A DNA stretch of 64,000 bases from Candidatus Binatia bacterium (GTDB lineage Bacteria > Desulfobacterota > Binatia > UBA12015): positions 407,293-471,292 of the forward strand of contig DATCMB010000004.1 of assembly GCA_036563615.1 (NCBI GenBank). Reading direction: 5' to 3'. Under the pieces are notes generated by a model that saw nothing but the letters and a program-made list of their open reading frames with translations, was not told where the DNA came from and made no database searches. This document shows, one piece after another, positions 49,207-61,999 of this stretch. Within the stretch, counting starts at the first letter, position 1, and every line of letters begins with the position of its first letter. Made by a program: the position numbers and the translations under genes.

Positions 49207-50982
49207 TCAGGCGGCCTCGTCCTGCGGCCAGTAGTCGGTCTTGTGACCGGGGACGCTGTACTCGTACGGCCCACGGAAGACCTCGGGCTCCTTCAAGAAG
49301 TTGCCGTGCGGCGGCGGCGACGGGCACGACCACTCGAGCGTCGTCGAGCTCCACGGGTTCTCCGCCACGCGCTCGCCGTGCCTGAGGCTCCAGAAGAAGT
49401 TGAAGATGAACGGCAGCTGGCCGATGAACAGCACCGCGGCGGCGATGCCGATCACCATGCTCCAGCCCTGCACCGGCAGGTTGTGCCACTGGTCGGTCGG
49501 CACCGCGAGACGGCGCTGCATGCCCCACATGCCCTGGATGAGCAGCGGGAAGAACACGAAGTTCATCGGGATGATGGTCAGCCAGAAGTGCACCTTGCCG
49601 AGCGTCTCGTTCATCTTCCGGCCGAACATCTTCGGGTACCAGTAGTAGAGCCCGCCCATCAGGGCGACGAGGCTTCCCGGCGCGACGACGTAGTGGAAGT
49701 GGCCGATCACGTAGTACGTGTCGTGCAGGTGCATGTCGGTCGGCGCGAATCCGAGCGGTAGGCCGGTCAGCCCGCCGATGCCGAACATCGGCAGGAACGC
49801 GAGCGCGAACAGCATCGGCGTGTTGAAGCGGATCGAGCCGCCGCGCAGGCTCAGCACGAGGCACGTCAGCACCGCGACCGACGGAATCGAGATCGTCATC
49901 GTCGTCGTGACGAAGAGGTTCGCGAGGCTCGTCCGCATGCCCGAGAGGAACATGTGGTGCGCCCACACGACGAAGCTCAGGATGCCGATTACGATGATCG
50001 AGCCGACGATCTCCTTGTAGCCGAAGAGCGGCTTGCGGGTGTTGGTCGCGATGATCTCGGCGACGATGCCGAACGCCGGCAGCAGGAGGACGTAGACCTC
50101 GGGGTGCGCGAGGAACCAGAACAGGTGCTGCCAGAGCAGCGGGCTACCGCCACCCGCGCGCGGGAAGACGGTCGCGCCGTAGATCATGTCCTTCGGGATG
50201 TAGAAGCTCGTGCCGGCGACGCGGTCGAGGAGCTGCAGGATCGCGCCCGCCTCGAGCACCGGGAAGGCGAGCAGGAGAAGCACCGCGGTGACGAGCTGCG
50301 CCCAGCAGAAGACCGGCATGCGTCCGAGCGTCATGCCCTTCGCGCGCATGTTCAGCGTCGTCACGATGAAGTTGATCGCGCCGAACAGCGACGAGGTGAT
50401 GATGATCACCATGCCGATGAGCCAGTAGGTCTGGCCCGTCGGTGCGACGACCGAGAGCGGCGCGTACGACGTCCAGCCCGACTGCGGCGCGCCGCCCGGC
50501 GCCCAGAAGCTCGCCATCAGGACGATGCCGCCGACGAGGTACGTCCAGTACGACGCCATGTTGAGGCGCGGGAACGCCATGTCGGGCGCGCCGATCTGCA
50601 GTGGCAGGACATAATTTCCGAACGCTGCGACGCCGAGCGGCACGACGCCGAGGAAGATCATGATCGTGCCGTGCATGGCCCCGAGCTGGTTGTAGAACTC
50701 GGGGTCCATGAAGCCGTACGGCATCTTTTCGGGCCACATCCAATTCAGGAAGCTACGGATGAGGCCGAGCTTCTCGGGATCGAAGTCGTCCGGCGGAGTC
50801 GGGACCGCGAGCTGCCAGCGCATCAGCAGCATCATCGAGAAGCCGATCAGCAGGAACACGAACGACGTGATCAAGTACTGGATCCCGATGACCTTGTGGT
50901 CGACCGAGAAGACGTACTTCCAGATGAACGACTGAGGTTCGGCGTGCCCGTGCGCGCCGGCGTGACCGTGTTCGTCTTTCAC
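49207..50982 (-). CDS. ctaD: Cytochrome c oxidase subunit I (heme-copper oxidase catalytic subunit)
   Basis: 12+ TM helices with canonical His ligands (GHPEVYVLLLPAFG, HHMF, HFHYVV) and D/K-channel residues. Confidence 0.95.
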   Translation of the reverse strand: MKDEHGHAGAHGHAEPQSFIWKYVFSVDHKVIGIQYLITSFVFLLIGFSMMLLMRWQLAVPTPPDDFDPEKLGLIRSFLNWMWPEKMPYGFMDPEFYNQLGAMHGTIMIFLGVVPLGVAAFGNYVLPLQIGAPDMAFPRLNMASYWTYLVGGIVLMASFWAPGGAPQSGWTSYAPLSVVAPTGQTYWLIGMVIIITSSLFGAINFIVTTLNMRAKGMTLGRMPVFCWAQLVTAVLLLLAFPVLEAGAILQLLDRVAGTSFYIPKDMIYGATVFPRAGGGSPLLWQHLFWFLAHPEVYVLLLPAFGIVAEIIATNTRKPLFGYKEIVGSIIVIGILSFVVWAHHMFLSGMRTSLANLFVTTTMTISIPSVAVLTCLVLSLRGGSIRFNTPMLFALAFLPMFGIGGLTGLPLGFAPTDMHLHDTYYVIGHFHYVVAPGSLVALMGGLYYWYPKMFGRKMNETLGKVHFWLTIIPMNFVFFPLLIQGMWGMQRRLAVPTDQWHNLPVQGWSMVIGIAAAVLFIGQLPFIFNFFWSLRHGERVAENPWSSTTLEWSCPSPPPHGNFLKEPEVFRGPYEYSVPGHKTDYWPQDEAA

Positions 50983-51041
50983 CGCTTGTCTCCTGCGTTG
51001 CTGCCTGCTGACACCGGTTCGGTGATCGGGCTCGGCGGAGC

Positions 51042-51851
51042 TCAGGAAGGCGAGTCGACGGTGGGTGCGACCGTGCTAGCGTCCGCGGTGCCGATGGTTC
51101 CAAGCTTCTCCGCCAGCTGCTCCTTCTGCCAGCTTTCGAACTCCTCGGGAGTCTGCACGAAGACATTGCCGACCATCTTCGTGTGACCGAGTCCGCAAAG
51201 CTGGGCGCAGCCGATCTCGTACTTGCCGGCGAGCGTCGGCTCGAACCACAGCATGGTCTCGAGGCCCGGAACGACGTCCTGCTTGTTGCGGAACTCGGTG
51301 ACCTGGAAGCTGTGGATCACGTCCTTCGACGTCATCCGCAGGATGGTCGGCTTGCCAAGGGGAACGTTGAGGTTGTTGATCGTGACCACGTCGTCCTTCG
51401 ACGCCGGATCATCCGGGTCGAGGCCGATCGGATTCTCCGCGCTCACGAGCGACACGTCGCGCCGTCCGAATTTTCCGTCCGGACCGGGGTACTGAAAGTT
51501 CCAAGCGAACTGCTGCGCCACCAGATTGACGGTCAACGAATCGTCCGGCGGCGGAGTTTCTTGCTTGATGCTCGCCCAGAGCGGAATGCCGAAGGCGAGG
51601 ATCAACCAGATTTCGAACGCCAGGATGAGCCCGTCGGGGATGAACGAAGCCGACTCGCCCGCCTGGTGGTAAACGGCTCGCTCACCGTCGCGCGCGCGGT
51701 AACGCACGAGGCAGTAAACGAAGAAAATGCCCCACGCGACGAAGATGAAGACCATCACCGCGTGCAAGAGCCACAGCAGCCAATCGATTTCGCCCGCGTA
51801 GCTCGAGGCCGCCACCGGCAAGCCCCATTCATATCCCCATTCTTGACTCAT
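51042..51851 (-). CDS. ctaC: Cytochrome c oxidase subunit II (CuA; aa3-type, no fused cytochrome c)
   Basis: TM hairpin (LAFEIWLILAFGIPLW) plus a cupredoxin domain with CuA ligands (HSF...GCAQLCGLGHTKM). The ATG at 51851 is verified. Confidence 0.9.
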   Translation of the reverse strand: MSQEWGYEWGLPVAASSYAGEIDWLLWLLHAVMVFIFVAWGIFFVYCLVRYRARDGERAVYHQAGESASFIPDGLILAFEIWLILAFGIPLWASIKQETPPPDDSLTVNLVAQQFAWNFQYPGPDGKFGRRDVSLVSAENPIGLDPDDPASKDDVVTINNLNVPLGKPTILRMTSKDVIHSFQVTEFRNKQDVVPGLETMLWFEPTLAGKYEIGCAQLCGLGHTKMVGNVFVQTPEEFESWQKEQLAEKLGTIGTADASTVAPTVDSPS

Positions 51852-52274
51852 AAATGAATCCCGGGATGGTCTTGCGACGCGTTAATGCCTGCAGCGCAAA
51901 CCCGTTTTTCCGACGGGTGTCAAGCCCATCGGTCGGGGCCCAGCGGAACCTTCAGCGCAGCCGAAGCTTCGGGCGCGCTGAAAGAAGCTAGCCTGATCGT
52001 TGCGGAGCGCGACGAGGACGCCGTCTACTCGGACGTCGTCGCGAGCGCCGTCAAGCACCTCGGCGCCCCACGGCGGCGAGGGCTTCGGCGTCCGCCGGCG
52101 CTCGAGCGCTTGCCGCGTCGGGAGCTCGAACAGATCGCTCTGCTCGAGCGAGCTAGGTGACCGGCGGCGGCGGTGCGCACCGCCCGTGCGATCCCGAGGC
52201 CGAGCCCAGCCGCCTCTCCTTCTGTCGCTCGAGCAGGCGGTCGGCACGGCCATCGAAACTCGCGGATCGTGCGG

Positions 52275-53111
52275 TCAGGCGCTGCGAGCTCCGTCGATCC
52301 GTCGCTCGCGCTCGATCACTCGCCTGCGACCGCGACGTCGGAGGAGCGTCACCACGAGACCGATCGGTCCCGACGCGACGTACGCGAGGATCACGCAGAA
52401 GAACAGCAGCTGCGGTTGCGCGACCACCAGCGTCAAGACCACGAGCATCGCCACCACCGAGTAGAACGGCGCCCGGGCGCGCAGGTCGAGGTCCTTGAAG
52501 CTGTTGTAGCGAAGGTTGCTCACCATCAGGAAGGCGAGCGCGTAGATCATCAGCAGCAGGACGAGGTGCTTGTTCGCAGCGCCCTCGCCGCCGAAGAAGT
52601 AGTACAGCAGCACGGTCGCGGCGATCATGTCGGCGGCGGCGGGAATCGGCAGTCCGACGAAGCTCTTCTTCTCGGCGTACGTCGACTGCACGTTGAAGCG
52701 CGCGAGCCGCAGCGCGCCGCAGGCGATGAACAGCCCGACCGCGAGCCAGCCCCACGCGCCCCACGGCTCGAGCGCCCAGTGGTAGGCGAGGATGCCGGGC
52801 GCGACGCCGAACGCGACCAGGTCCGCGAGCGAGTCGTACTCGACGCCGAACTGGCTCGTCGTGTTGGTGAGGCGCGCGATGCGTCCGTCGAGGCCGTCGC
52901 ACAGGTGCGCGACGCAGATCGTGACCGCCGCGGTGAGGAAGTCGCCGCGGCTCGCCGCGATGATCGCGTACACGCCGAGCAGCAGGCCGCCGGTCGTGAA
53001 GAGATTGGGCAGGATGTAGACGCCCTTCTGCAGCGACGCCCGACGCTCCGCAGCTCCCCCACGCAGCAGACGGACGCGCCCCGACCTCAACGGCACATTG
53101 CGTTCGATCAT
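52275..53111 (-). CDS. pssA: CDP-diacylglycerol--serine O-phosphatidyltransferase
   Basis: CDP-alcohol phosphatidyltransferase motif (DGLDGRIARLTNTTSQFGVEYDSLADLVAFGVAP) within a polytopic membrane protein. Confidence 0.8.
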   Translation of the reverse strand: MIERNVPLRSGRVRLLRGGAAERRASLQKGVYILPNLFTTGGLLLGVYAIIAASRGDFLTAAVTICVAHLCDGLDGRIARLTNTTSQFGVEYDSLADLVAFGVAPGILAYHWALEPWGAWGWLAVGLFIACGALRLARFNVQSTYAEKKSFVGLPIPAAADMIAATVLLYYFFGGEGAANKHLVLLLMIYALAFLMVSNLRYNSFKDLDLRARAPFYSVVAMLVVLTLVVAQPQLLFFCVILAYVASGPIGLVVTLLRRRGRRRVIERERRIDGARSA

Positions 53112-53787
53112 CGCATCACCCCGAGGACCGTCTCGCCAGCCCTCACGCGTTCACCCACCTTGACGTTGAGCTCGACGTCGCCGGCGATGAACACGTCGAC
53201 CCGCGACCCCAGCTTGATCATGCCCACACGCTCGCCGCGCCTGCAACGATCGCCGGGGCGCACACGACACACGATGCGCCGTGCGAGAAAGCCTGCGATC
53301 TGCACGAAGGCGACCTGGCGTCCGTCGTCGGAGCGCATGACGACGGCGTTCTGCTCGTTGTCGAGCGACGCCTTCTCGGCGAAGGCCGCGAAGTACTTGC
53401 CCGGATTGTAGAAGACGCCGGTCACCTCGCCGTCGATCGGCGCGCGGTTCACGTGCACGTCGAGCGGCGACATGAACACGCTCACCTTCGCCGCGCGGCC
53501 GTGCAGGAAGCGCGGCTCGTCGACGCTCGGCTCGGCGACGATGACGCGGCCGTCGGCCGGCGAGATGACGAGGTTTGCGCCCTCGGGTGTCTTGCGCTCG
53601 GGGTCGCGGAAGAAGTTGACGAAGAATGCGGCCAGCACCGCCATCGCGACCGCGAGCACGACGAGGACGGTCGAAACCGCCCCGCCGGTCACGGTCGCGA
53701 GCAGCGCCGCGACGACGGCGATGCCAGCCGAGCCGCCGATCAGCGGATAGCCGTCCGCCGCGAGCGGGATCCGCCTGCCGCCCGCCA

Positions 53788-53788
<1 letters not shown>
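53108..53788 (-). CDS. psd: Phosphatidylserine decarboxylase (short, archaetidylserine decarboxylase-related type)
   Basis: PSD family with a C-terminal GS(T) pyruvoyl-forming site (MIKLGSRVDVF). It overlaps pssA by 4 nt. Confidence 0.8.
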
Positions 53789-55501
<1,713 letters not shown>

Positions 55502-55719
55502 CCCCGGCGTTTAACCGTTGTCCGCCGGAAAATCGACTGACCACGGATACCCGTGGAAACGCAGCCCGGACGTGGCAGGCCGCACCGGCCCGGGCACTCG
55601 CAGAGGCGGGTGCAGAGACGAAGGGAGTGGGGTCGCGTCCCGGCGGCGTCGCCGCACGGCGTGGGCACCGCGCCCCTCATCGCACGCCGAGCGGCGGAGG
55701 GGCGCGGGCCCGTGCACGC

Positions 55720-55962
55720 TCAGTGTGTCTGGGAAGCCGCTCCGCTGCGATAGCGGTACAGGATCTCCATCATGCGATCCTTGCCCGCGAGCTTGAGCTT
55801 CTGAAGGCGTTTGCGTTCGAGTTCTTCCTCAGCGGAGAGGTGCGGCTTGGCGTTGAAGCGAGCGAGCTGGCGCTCGAACTCCTCGTGCTCGAGGTAGTGC
55901 TTGCGCAGTTCCGCGTCGCGGTCGATCAGCGACCGAATCAACTCCTCGTCACGCTTCTCCAT
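55720..55962 (-). CDS. DUF465 (YdcH-like) small coiled-coil protein
   Basis: 80 aa (MEKRDEELIRSLIDRDAELRKHYLEHEEFERQLARF...) matching the YdcH/DUF465 pattern. The ATG at 55962 is verified. Confidence 0.6.
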   Translation of the reverse strand: MEKRDEELIRSLIDRDAELRKHYLEHEEFERQLARFNAKPHLSAEEELERKRLQKLKLAGKDRMMEILYRYRSGAASQTH

Positions 55963-56066
55963 CGAGTGTTCCTCCTGGAAACGTCGCCTGGGCGGCTGTT
56001 TGCGCCGAACCATCGACGGCCCGAAGGCTAGTGCACTTTAGTTGTAGGCCCGTTGGATTTGGATTG

Positions 56067-56903
56067 TCAACGCGAAGGTCCTCGAGCGGCGCCGCGCTCG
56101 CGCGCGATCTCCGCTTCCGACGCACGCGCGTAGAACGGGACGAGCTCCGCGACGTCGTCGGGGCCGCGTGCCGCGAGCAGCGCCGCGCCGAGACGCGCGA
56201 CCACCGCACCGTGCGGGTGATGGCGCGCGAACGGCAGCGCGACCACCCTGCCCTCGAGCGGATCGACGATCTCGCCGCGATGACGCTCCGCTCCATCGCC
56301 GAGCAGCACGGCGCGACCGCCACTCTCTGCGAGCAGCGACTCGAGCATCTCGCGAAACGCCGCCGGACGCGCCGCGCGATCGGGCGTGAGGCGCTCGAGC
56401 GAGAGTCCGTGCTCGCCCTCGCGCAGCGCGAACGCCGCTCCGTAGACCTCGCCCTTGCGTGCGTCGAGGCACGACGCGACGAGCGTTCCCGGCACGACGG
56501 CGTCCGCAGGAACGCTTTCGCTCGCAACCCAGCCGGGCAGCAGCGTCGCCGCGAACGCCTCGAGCGTCGGCACGCCGATCAGCCGGACGTCGGTGCCGAG
56601 CACGAAGCCCTTCGCCGTCGCCAGCGCGACGCGCAGCCCCGTGAACGATCCCGGCCCCACCGACACGGCGACCGCGTCGATCTGCTCGAGCCCGACGCCG
56701 GCGCGCTCGAGCGCCTCGTCGACGAGCGGCATCAGCGCCGCACCGTGCTCGAGGCCGCCGACGCGCACGACGTCGGCGAGCACGTCGCTGCGCGCCGCGA
56801 CGTCGCGCTCGTGTGGCGCAGGGAGTGCGTCGCGCAAGAGCGGAGCGCGCACCACGCCGACCGTGCCGACGCGCGTCGCGGTGTCGATGCCGAGGATGAG
56901 CAC
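56067..56903 (-). CDS. tsaB: tRNA threonylcarbamoyladenosine biosynthesis protein TsaB (YeaZ)
   Basis: ASKHA fold with the TsaB N-terminal block (MLILGIDTATRVGTVGVV, SVGPGSFTGLRV). The Kae1 metal-binding His pair is absent. Confidence 0.8.
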   Translation of the reverse strand: MLILGIDTATRVGTVGVVRAPLLRDALPAPHERDVAARSDVLADVVRVGGLEHGAALMPLVDEALERAGVGLEQIDAVAVSVGPGSFTGLRVALATAKGFVLGTDVRLIGVPTLEAFAATLLPGWVASESVPADAVVPGTLVASCLDARKGEVYGAAFALREGEHGLSLERLTPDRAARPAAFREMLESLLAESGGRAVLLGDGAERHRGEIVDPLEGRVVALPFARHHPHGAVVARLGAALLAARGPDDVAELVPFYARASEAEIARERGAARGPSR

Positions 56904-56943
56904 GAGAAACGCCGGCTCGAGCCGCCGGCGGCAAAGCCGCTTC

Positions 56944-58023
56944 TCAGCCGCCTCCGCCCACCAGGCGGTGCACGTCGTTGTAGAGCGCGAACGCCATCAG
57001 CGAGATCAGCAGGAACATCCCGACCGACTGCGCGATCTCGCGGTGACGGATCTCCATCGGGTGCCCGAGGATCTTCTCGACCCCCATGAACAGCAGGTGC
57101 CCGCCGTCGAGGATCGGGATCGGCAGCAGGTTCAGCACGCCTAGGTTGACGCTGAGAAACGCCATGAAGAACGCGAGCGCCGCAAAGCCGTGGTGCACCT
57201 GCTTGCCGGCCTCGGTCATGATCGTGAGCGGACCGCCCACCTCGGACGCCGACACGACGCCCTGGAAGAGCTTGACGAGCGTCAGCAGCGTGAGCCCGAC
57301 GAGCTCGGCGGTGCGCCGGATGCCGAGCCAGATCGCCATGATCGGGTTGCTGCGCTCGGTGATGACCTTGTCCGACGGCTCGACGCCGATGACGTAGATC
57401 GGGATCGGCTCGCCGAAGATCGTCTTGCCCTCGGTGCGCTGCGGCGTGACCGTGATCTGGAAGGTCTCCGCGCCGCGCCGCACGTCGAGCACGACCGGCT
57501 TGCCGTCGCTCGCGCGGATCTCGCTCGAGAGCTGCTCCCAGCGGTCGACGGGCTCGCCGTCGACGGCGACGATCTCGTCGCCCGCCTGCAGACCGGCCTG
57601 CGCCGCCGGCATGCCGTCGCTCACCTTGCCGACCGTGGAGGTCAGGACGGGAACGCCGGTCGCGTAGAGCAGCGCGAGCAGGAACGCCGCGAACACCAGG
57701 TTGCCGAGCGGCCCCGCGACCACGATCAGCGCGCGCGCCCACAGCGGCTTCACGGCGAACGAGTTCGGCTGCGAGGCGGTCGCCGGATCGGGCTCGCTGC
57801 CGTCGTCCTCCTGGCCGATCATCTTGACGTACCCGCCGAGGGGAACCGCTGCGACCACGTACTCGGTCTCGCCGACGCGGCGCGAAAACAGCGTCGGGCC
57901 GAAGCCGAGCGAGAACTTGAGCACCCCGACCCCGACGCGCTTGCAGGCGAGGAAGTGCCCGAGCTCGTGCACGAAGATCAGGAGCCCGAGCACGACGATC
58001 GCCGCGACGACGCTAATCACCAT
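56944..58023 (-). CDS. rseP: RIP zinc metalloprotease RseP (site-2 protease)
   Basis: HELGH zinc motif, a PDZ domain and a C-terminal LDGG motif (LLPIPILDGGHLLF). Confidence 0.85.
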   Translation of the reverse strand: MVISVVAAIVVLGLLIFVHELGHFLACKRVGVGVLKFSLGFGPTLFSRRVGETEYVVAAVPLGGYVKMIGQEDDGSEPDPATASQPNSFAVKPLWARALIVVAGPLGNLVFAAFLLALLYATGVPVLTSTVGKVSDGMPAAQAGLQAGDEIVAVDGEPVDRWEQLSSEIRASDGKPVVLDVRRGAETFQITVTPQRTEGKTIFGEPIPIYVIGVEPSDKVITERSNPIMAIWLGIRRTAELVGLTLLTLVKLFQGVVSASEVGGPLTIMTEAGKQVHHGFAALAFFMAFLSVNLGVLNLLPIPILDGGHLLFMGVEKILGHPMEIRHREIAQSVGMFLLISLMAFALYNDVHRLVGGGG

Positions 58024-58050
58024 CGATAGATCTCCCGCCTGCCCGAGGAT

Positions 58051-58851
58051 TCAGGGCATCGGACCGGCATTGACATAGTACGCGAACACGAACGGCAAGA
58101 CGAGGCTATCGATCCGGTCGAGGATGCCGCCGTGGCCGGGGATGATCCAGCCCGAGTCCTTCGCGCCGTAGGCGCGCTTGAGCAGGGATTCGATGAGGTC
58201 GCCGGCCTGCGCGAGCACGCCGATCGCGAGCCCGAGGAAAACGAGCTCCTCGAGCGTCGCGCCGGGCGGCGGCAGGACGAGCCAGACGCCGATCGCGAGC
58301 ACCATGGCGCCGAGCAGCCCGCCCACCGAGCCCTCGACGGTCTTGCTCGGGCTCACGCGCGGCATGAGCTTCGTGCGCCCGGCAAAGCGTCCGGCGAAGT
58401 AGCCGCCGGTGTCCGAGCCCATCGCACACGCGATGGCGAACAGCACCCAGCGCTCCCCACCGACCGGCAGGAGCCGCAGCGCAACGACGTGCGGCAGCAG
58501 GAAGCCCACGTAGAGCGCCGCGAGGAGCGCGTTCGCGAAGCGCGCGACGGCGCCTTGCAGGTCTTCGTCGAAGAGCGACAGGAAGAGCCCGCCGGCGAGC
58601 ACCGCAAAGAGCACGATTCCCAGCGCGCCCGGTCGCTGCGCGACCACGGCCGCGGCAAACGCGAGCCCCGCCGCGATGGCGAACAGCCGCACGAGGCGGT
58701 GCTCCGGCAGCGCCATGGTCGTGAACTCGTGCAGCCCGATCGCGGTGACGCCGACCACGAAGCCGGCGAACACCCAGCCCGGGCTGAAGAGCACGAGCCA
58801 GACGAGAAGTGGGATCGCGACCGCTGCGGTCGCGAGCCTAGTTCGCAGCAC
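58051..58851 (-). CDS. cdsA: Phosphatidate cytidylyltransferase
   Basis: CdsA signature ([14 protein letters not shown] ... [17 protein letters not shown]). Confidence 0.85.
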   Translation of the reverse strand: MLRTRLATAAVAIPLLVWLVLFSPGWVFAGFVVGVTAIGLHEFTTMALPEHRLVRLFAIAAGLAFAAAVVAQRPGALGIVLFAVLAGGLFLSLFDEDLQGAVARFANALLAALYVGFLLPHVVALRLLPVGGERWVLFAIACAMGSDTGGYFAGRFAGRTKLMPRVSPSKTVEGSVGGLLGAMVLAIGVWLVLPPPGATLEELVFLGLAIGVLAQAGDLIESLLKRAYGAKDSGWIIPGHGGILDRIDSLVLPFVFAYYVNAGPMP

Positions 58852-59632
58852 GCAGGCGGGCCTGGTCCCCGCTCTCGGGGAGACGCCCGAAGCGGCGCTC
58901 GCGCATCTGGAACTGGCGCAGCGCCTCGAGGAACTCCTTCTCGCGGAAGTCCGGCCAGAGCGTGTCGGTGATGTAGATCTCGGTGTAGGCGACCTGCCAG
59001 AGCAGGAAGTTCGACAGCCGAACCTCGCCGCTCGTGCGGATCAGCAGGTCGGGGTCCGGAATGCCGGCGGTGCCGAGGCTCTGGGCGATCGTGTCCTCGG
59101 TGATCTCCTCGGGCTCGAGCTCGCCGTGCTGCACGCGCTTGGCGACCGCGCGCACCGCCGAGGCGATCTCCTCGCGCGCGCTGTACGACAGCGCGAGGAT
59201 CACCGTGAGACCACGGTTGCGGCGCGTCGTCTCGACGCTGACCTTGAGCGCCTGCTGCACGTCGCGCGGCAGCCGCTTGACGTTGCCGATGACGAGCAGC
59301 CGCACGTCGTTCTTCATCATGCGGTCGAGCTCGGTCGTCAGGTAACGCTTGAGCAGGCGCATCAAAGCGTTGACCTCGGCCGCCGGCCGACCCCAGTTCT
59401 CCGCCGAGAACGCGTACAGCGACAGGTACTCGATGCCGATCTCGCGCGAGATCTCGACGATCGCCTTGACCGAGTCCTTGCCGCGGCGATGACCGTAGAT
59501 GCGATCGTAGCCACGCCCCTGCGCCCAGCGCCCGTTGCCGTCCATGATGATCGCCACATGGCGCGGCAGACGATTCGGGTCGATTCCCTGGAGCGCGAGG
59601 GTCGCGCGGCTCGGTTTTGCGATCATCGCCAC
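58838..59632 (-). CDS. uppS: Ditrans,polycis-undecaprenyl-diphosphate synthase (isoprenyl transferase)
   Basis: UPPS motifs ([38 protein letters not shown]). Confidence 0.9.
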   Translation of the reverse strand: MAMIAKPSRATLALQGIDPNRLPRHVAIIMDGNGRWAQGRGYDRIYGHRRGKDSVKAIVEISREIGIEYLSLYAFSAENWGRPAAEVNALMRLLKRYLTTELDRMMKNDVRLLVIGNVKRLPRDVQQALKVSVETTRRNRGLTVILALSYSAREEIASAVRAVAKRVQHGELEPEEITEDTIAQSLGTAGIPDPDLLIRTSGEVRLSNFLLWQVAYTEIYITDTLWPDFREKEFLEALRQFQMRERRFGRLPESGDQARLRAAN

Positions 59633-59633
59633 C

Positions 59634-60191
59634 TCACACCACCATGATCTCTTCTTCCTTGGCCTTCAGCGTGCGGTCGATGCGCTCGATCCCTTCGTCG
59701 GTCAAGGCTTGCACCTTGTCGTGCGCGTGCCGGTAGTCGTCCTCCGAGATCTGCTTCTCCTTGAGCAGATCCTTGAGCATCTCGTTGGCGTCGCGCCGGT
59801 GGTTGCGCATCGACACGCGGAAGTCCTCGGCGATCTTCTTCACATGCTTGACGAGGTCGCGGCGGCGCTCCTCGGTCAGCTCGGGAATCGGGATCCGGAT
59901 CAGCTTGCCGTCGTTGAGCGGGTTGAGCCCGAGGTCCGAGCCCTTGATCGCCCGCTCGATCTCGCCGATCGCCGAGCGGTCGAACGGCGTCACGACCAGC
60001 AAGCGCGGCTCGGGCGCGTTGACCGTGGCGAGCTGGTTGAGCGGCGTTCGTGCGCCGTAGTACTCGACCATGATCCCATCGAGCAGCGCCGTCGAGGCGC
60101 GCCCGGTCCGGACCTTGGCGAACTCCTTCTTGAGCTTGTTCGCGGTCTCGTCGATCTCGCGCTTCAGCTCGTTCAGCACGTCGTCGATCAC
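59634..60191 (-). CDS. frr: Ribosome recycling factor
   Basis: RRF conserved blocks ([32 protein letters not shown]). The GTG at 60191 sits behind a GGAGG SD and overlaps the pyrH stop (GTGA). Confidence 0.9.
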   Translation of the reverse strand: MIDDVLNELKREIDETANKLKKEFAKVRTGRASTALLDGIMVEYYGARTPLNQLATVNAPEPRLLVVTPFDRSAIGEIERAIKGSDLGLNPLNDGKLIRIPIPELTEERRRDLVKHVKKIAEDFRVSMRNHRRDANEMLKDLLKEKQISEDDYRHAHDKVQALTDEGIERIDRTLKAKEEEIMVV

Positions 60192-60916
60192 GAGGTTCCT
60201 CCCCGCACGACAGTACCGATCGGCTCGCCCAGCATGGCCCGCTTCAGGTTGCCGGGCTCGAGCATGTTGAAGACGAGCACCGGCAGATCGTTGTCCATGC
60301 AGAGCGAGATCGCCGTCGAATCCATGACCTTTAGCTTCTGGCTCAGGACGTCGAGGTAGGTCAACTCGCGATAGCGCACCGCCGACGGGTTCAGCATCGG
60401 GTCGGAATCGTAGACGCCGTCGACCTTGGTTGCCTTGCACAAGATCTCGGCGCCGATCTCGACCGCGCGCAGGCTCGCGGCGGTGTCGGTGGTGAAGAAC
60501 GGATTACCGGTGCCGGCGGCGAAGATCACCACCCGCCCCTTCTCGAGATGCCGCGTCGCGCGCCGACGGATGTACGGCTCGGCGACCTCCTTCATCTCGA
60601 GAGCGGAGAGCACGCGCGTCTGCACGCCGAAGCGCTCGATGGCAGCCTGCAAGGCGAGGCTGTTCATCATCGTCGCCAGCATGCCCATGTAATCGGCGGT
60701 CGCGCGCTCGATGCCGTGGCTGATCCCGGCCACGCCACGGAAGATGTTGCCGCCGCCGATCACCACGGCGAGCTCGACCCCGAGCTTCTGCACGTCGGAG
60801 ATCTCGCTCGCGAAGCGTGTCAGAAGCGCGTCGTCGATGCCGTAGCCCGCGCTTCCGGCAAGAGCCTCACCGCTGAGCTTCAGCAGAACCCGGCGATAGG
60901 CGAGCGCGGCAGCCAC
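60188..60916 (-). CDS. pyrH: UMP kinase
   Basis: Amino-acid kinase fold with PyrH motifs ([25 protein letters not shown]). Confidence 0.9.
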   Translation of the reverse strand: MAAALAYRRVLLKLSGEALAGSAGYGIDDALLTRFASEISDVQKLGVELAVVIGGGNIFRGVAGISHGIERATADYMGMLATMMNSLALQAAIERFGVQTRVLSALEMKEVAEPYIRRRATRHLEKGRVVIFAAGTGNPFFTTDTAASLRAVEIGAEILCKATKVDGVYDSDPMLNPSAVRYRELTYLDVLSQKLKVMDSTAISLCMDNDLPVLVFNMLEPGNLKRAMLGEPIGTVVRGGTS

Positions 60917-60931
60917 CGGTGGTCGACCGGG

Positions 60932-61840
60932 TCAGGCCTCGGACGACGACTCGCCGAGCTGCAGACGAACGAAGCGAGCGATCTCGATCGGCAGCCCGAC
61001 GGCCTTCGCCGTGCTCTCGACGAGCTTGCCCACCGTGGTCTGCGGGTCGCGGATGAACTCCTGCTCGACCAGGCAGAACTCGCCGAAGTACTTCTCGATC
61101 TTGCCCTGGACGATGCGCTCGACGACCTGCGCCGGCTTGCCCGAGGTGGCGGCCTGCGCGCGGTAGATCTCGCGCTCGCGCTCGAGCTCCGACTCGGGCA
61201 CCTCCTCGCGCCGCACGTAGCGCGGGCTCGCCGCCGCGATCTGCATCGCGACGTCGCGCAGCAGCTTCTCGACCTCGGCGGTCTGCTCCGCGTTCGCGGT
61301 CTGGCCGCCGAAGCGCGCCTCGACGAGCACGCCGATCTTGCCGCCGGCATGGACGTAGGAGCCGACCGCCCCCTCGCCCGGCTTGACGGCCAGGCGCGCC
61401 ACGCGACGCAGGACGACGCTCTCGCCCATCGACGCGATCGATTCGGCGATGACGTCCGAGATCGCCTTGCCGTCGACCTGGATCGAGCCGGCGTCGATAT
61501 CCTGCGCGCCGCGCACGCCGTCGAGCTCCGTCCGGCCGGCGAACGCGCCGAGCAGACGGTTTGCGAGATCCTGGAACTGCGGCGTCTTCGCGACGAAGTC
61601 GGTCTCGCAGTTGAGCTCGAGCATCACGCCTTCGTTCGGGCCGAGCAGCCGCGCCGTGATGACGCCCTCGGCGGCGACCTTACCGGCGCGCTTCGCGGCG
61701 GTGGCGAGCCCCTTCTCGCGCAGGTACTTGATCGCGCCCTCGAAGTCGCCCCCCGCGGAGACCAGAGCCGCCTTGCAGTCCATCATGCCGGCGCCGGTCT
61801 TCTCGCGCAGCTCCTTCACCTGTGCCGCTGTGATTTCCAA
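60932..61840 (-). CDS. tsf: Elongation factor Ts
   Basis: N-terminal UBA-like motif (EITAAQVKELREKTGAGMMDCKKAL) and EF-Ts dimerisation domains. The TTG start at 61840 sits behind GAGGA; the upstream part of the track ORF is Arg-rich non-coding. Confidence 0.85.
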   Translation of the reverse strand: MEITAAQVKELREKTGAGMMDCKAALVSAGGDFEGAIKYLREKGLATAAKRAGKVAAEGVITARLLGPNEGVMLELNCETDFVAKTPQFQDLANRLLGAFAGRTELDGVRGAQDIDAGSIQVDGKAISDVIAESIASMGESVVLRRVARLAVKPGEGAVGSYVHAGGKIGVLVEARFGGQTANAEQTAEVEKLLRDVAMQIAAASPRYVRREEVPESELEREREIYRAQAATSGKPAQVVERIVQGKIEKYFGEFCLVEQEFIRDPQTTVGKLVESTAKAVGLPIEIARFVRLQLGESSSEA

Positions 61841-61999
61841 CTGGTTCGTCCTCGATTGCGCTCTGCCGGCGAGGTCTCGCCGGCATCGTTCATCGCCCGC
61901 CGACGGCGTTCGTCGCGCTCGCGCGCGCACGAGCCGTTGCGGATTCGCTTCTCCCGGCGATCGCTGCGCCGGGTCGTCGCTTGACGCCGGGCAGTCGCC

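Noticed and set aside
51882..52253. Two overlapping ORFs (123 aa on the minus strand, 91 aa on the plus strand) in the 423-nt gap between ctaC and pssA.
   Set aside because: Neither has consistent GC3 bias or any motif. The region has lower GC and a TTGACA-hairpin element, and looks like the cox operon promoter/5' region rather than coding sequence. It is kept only as a note.
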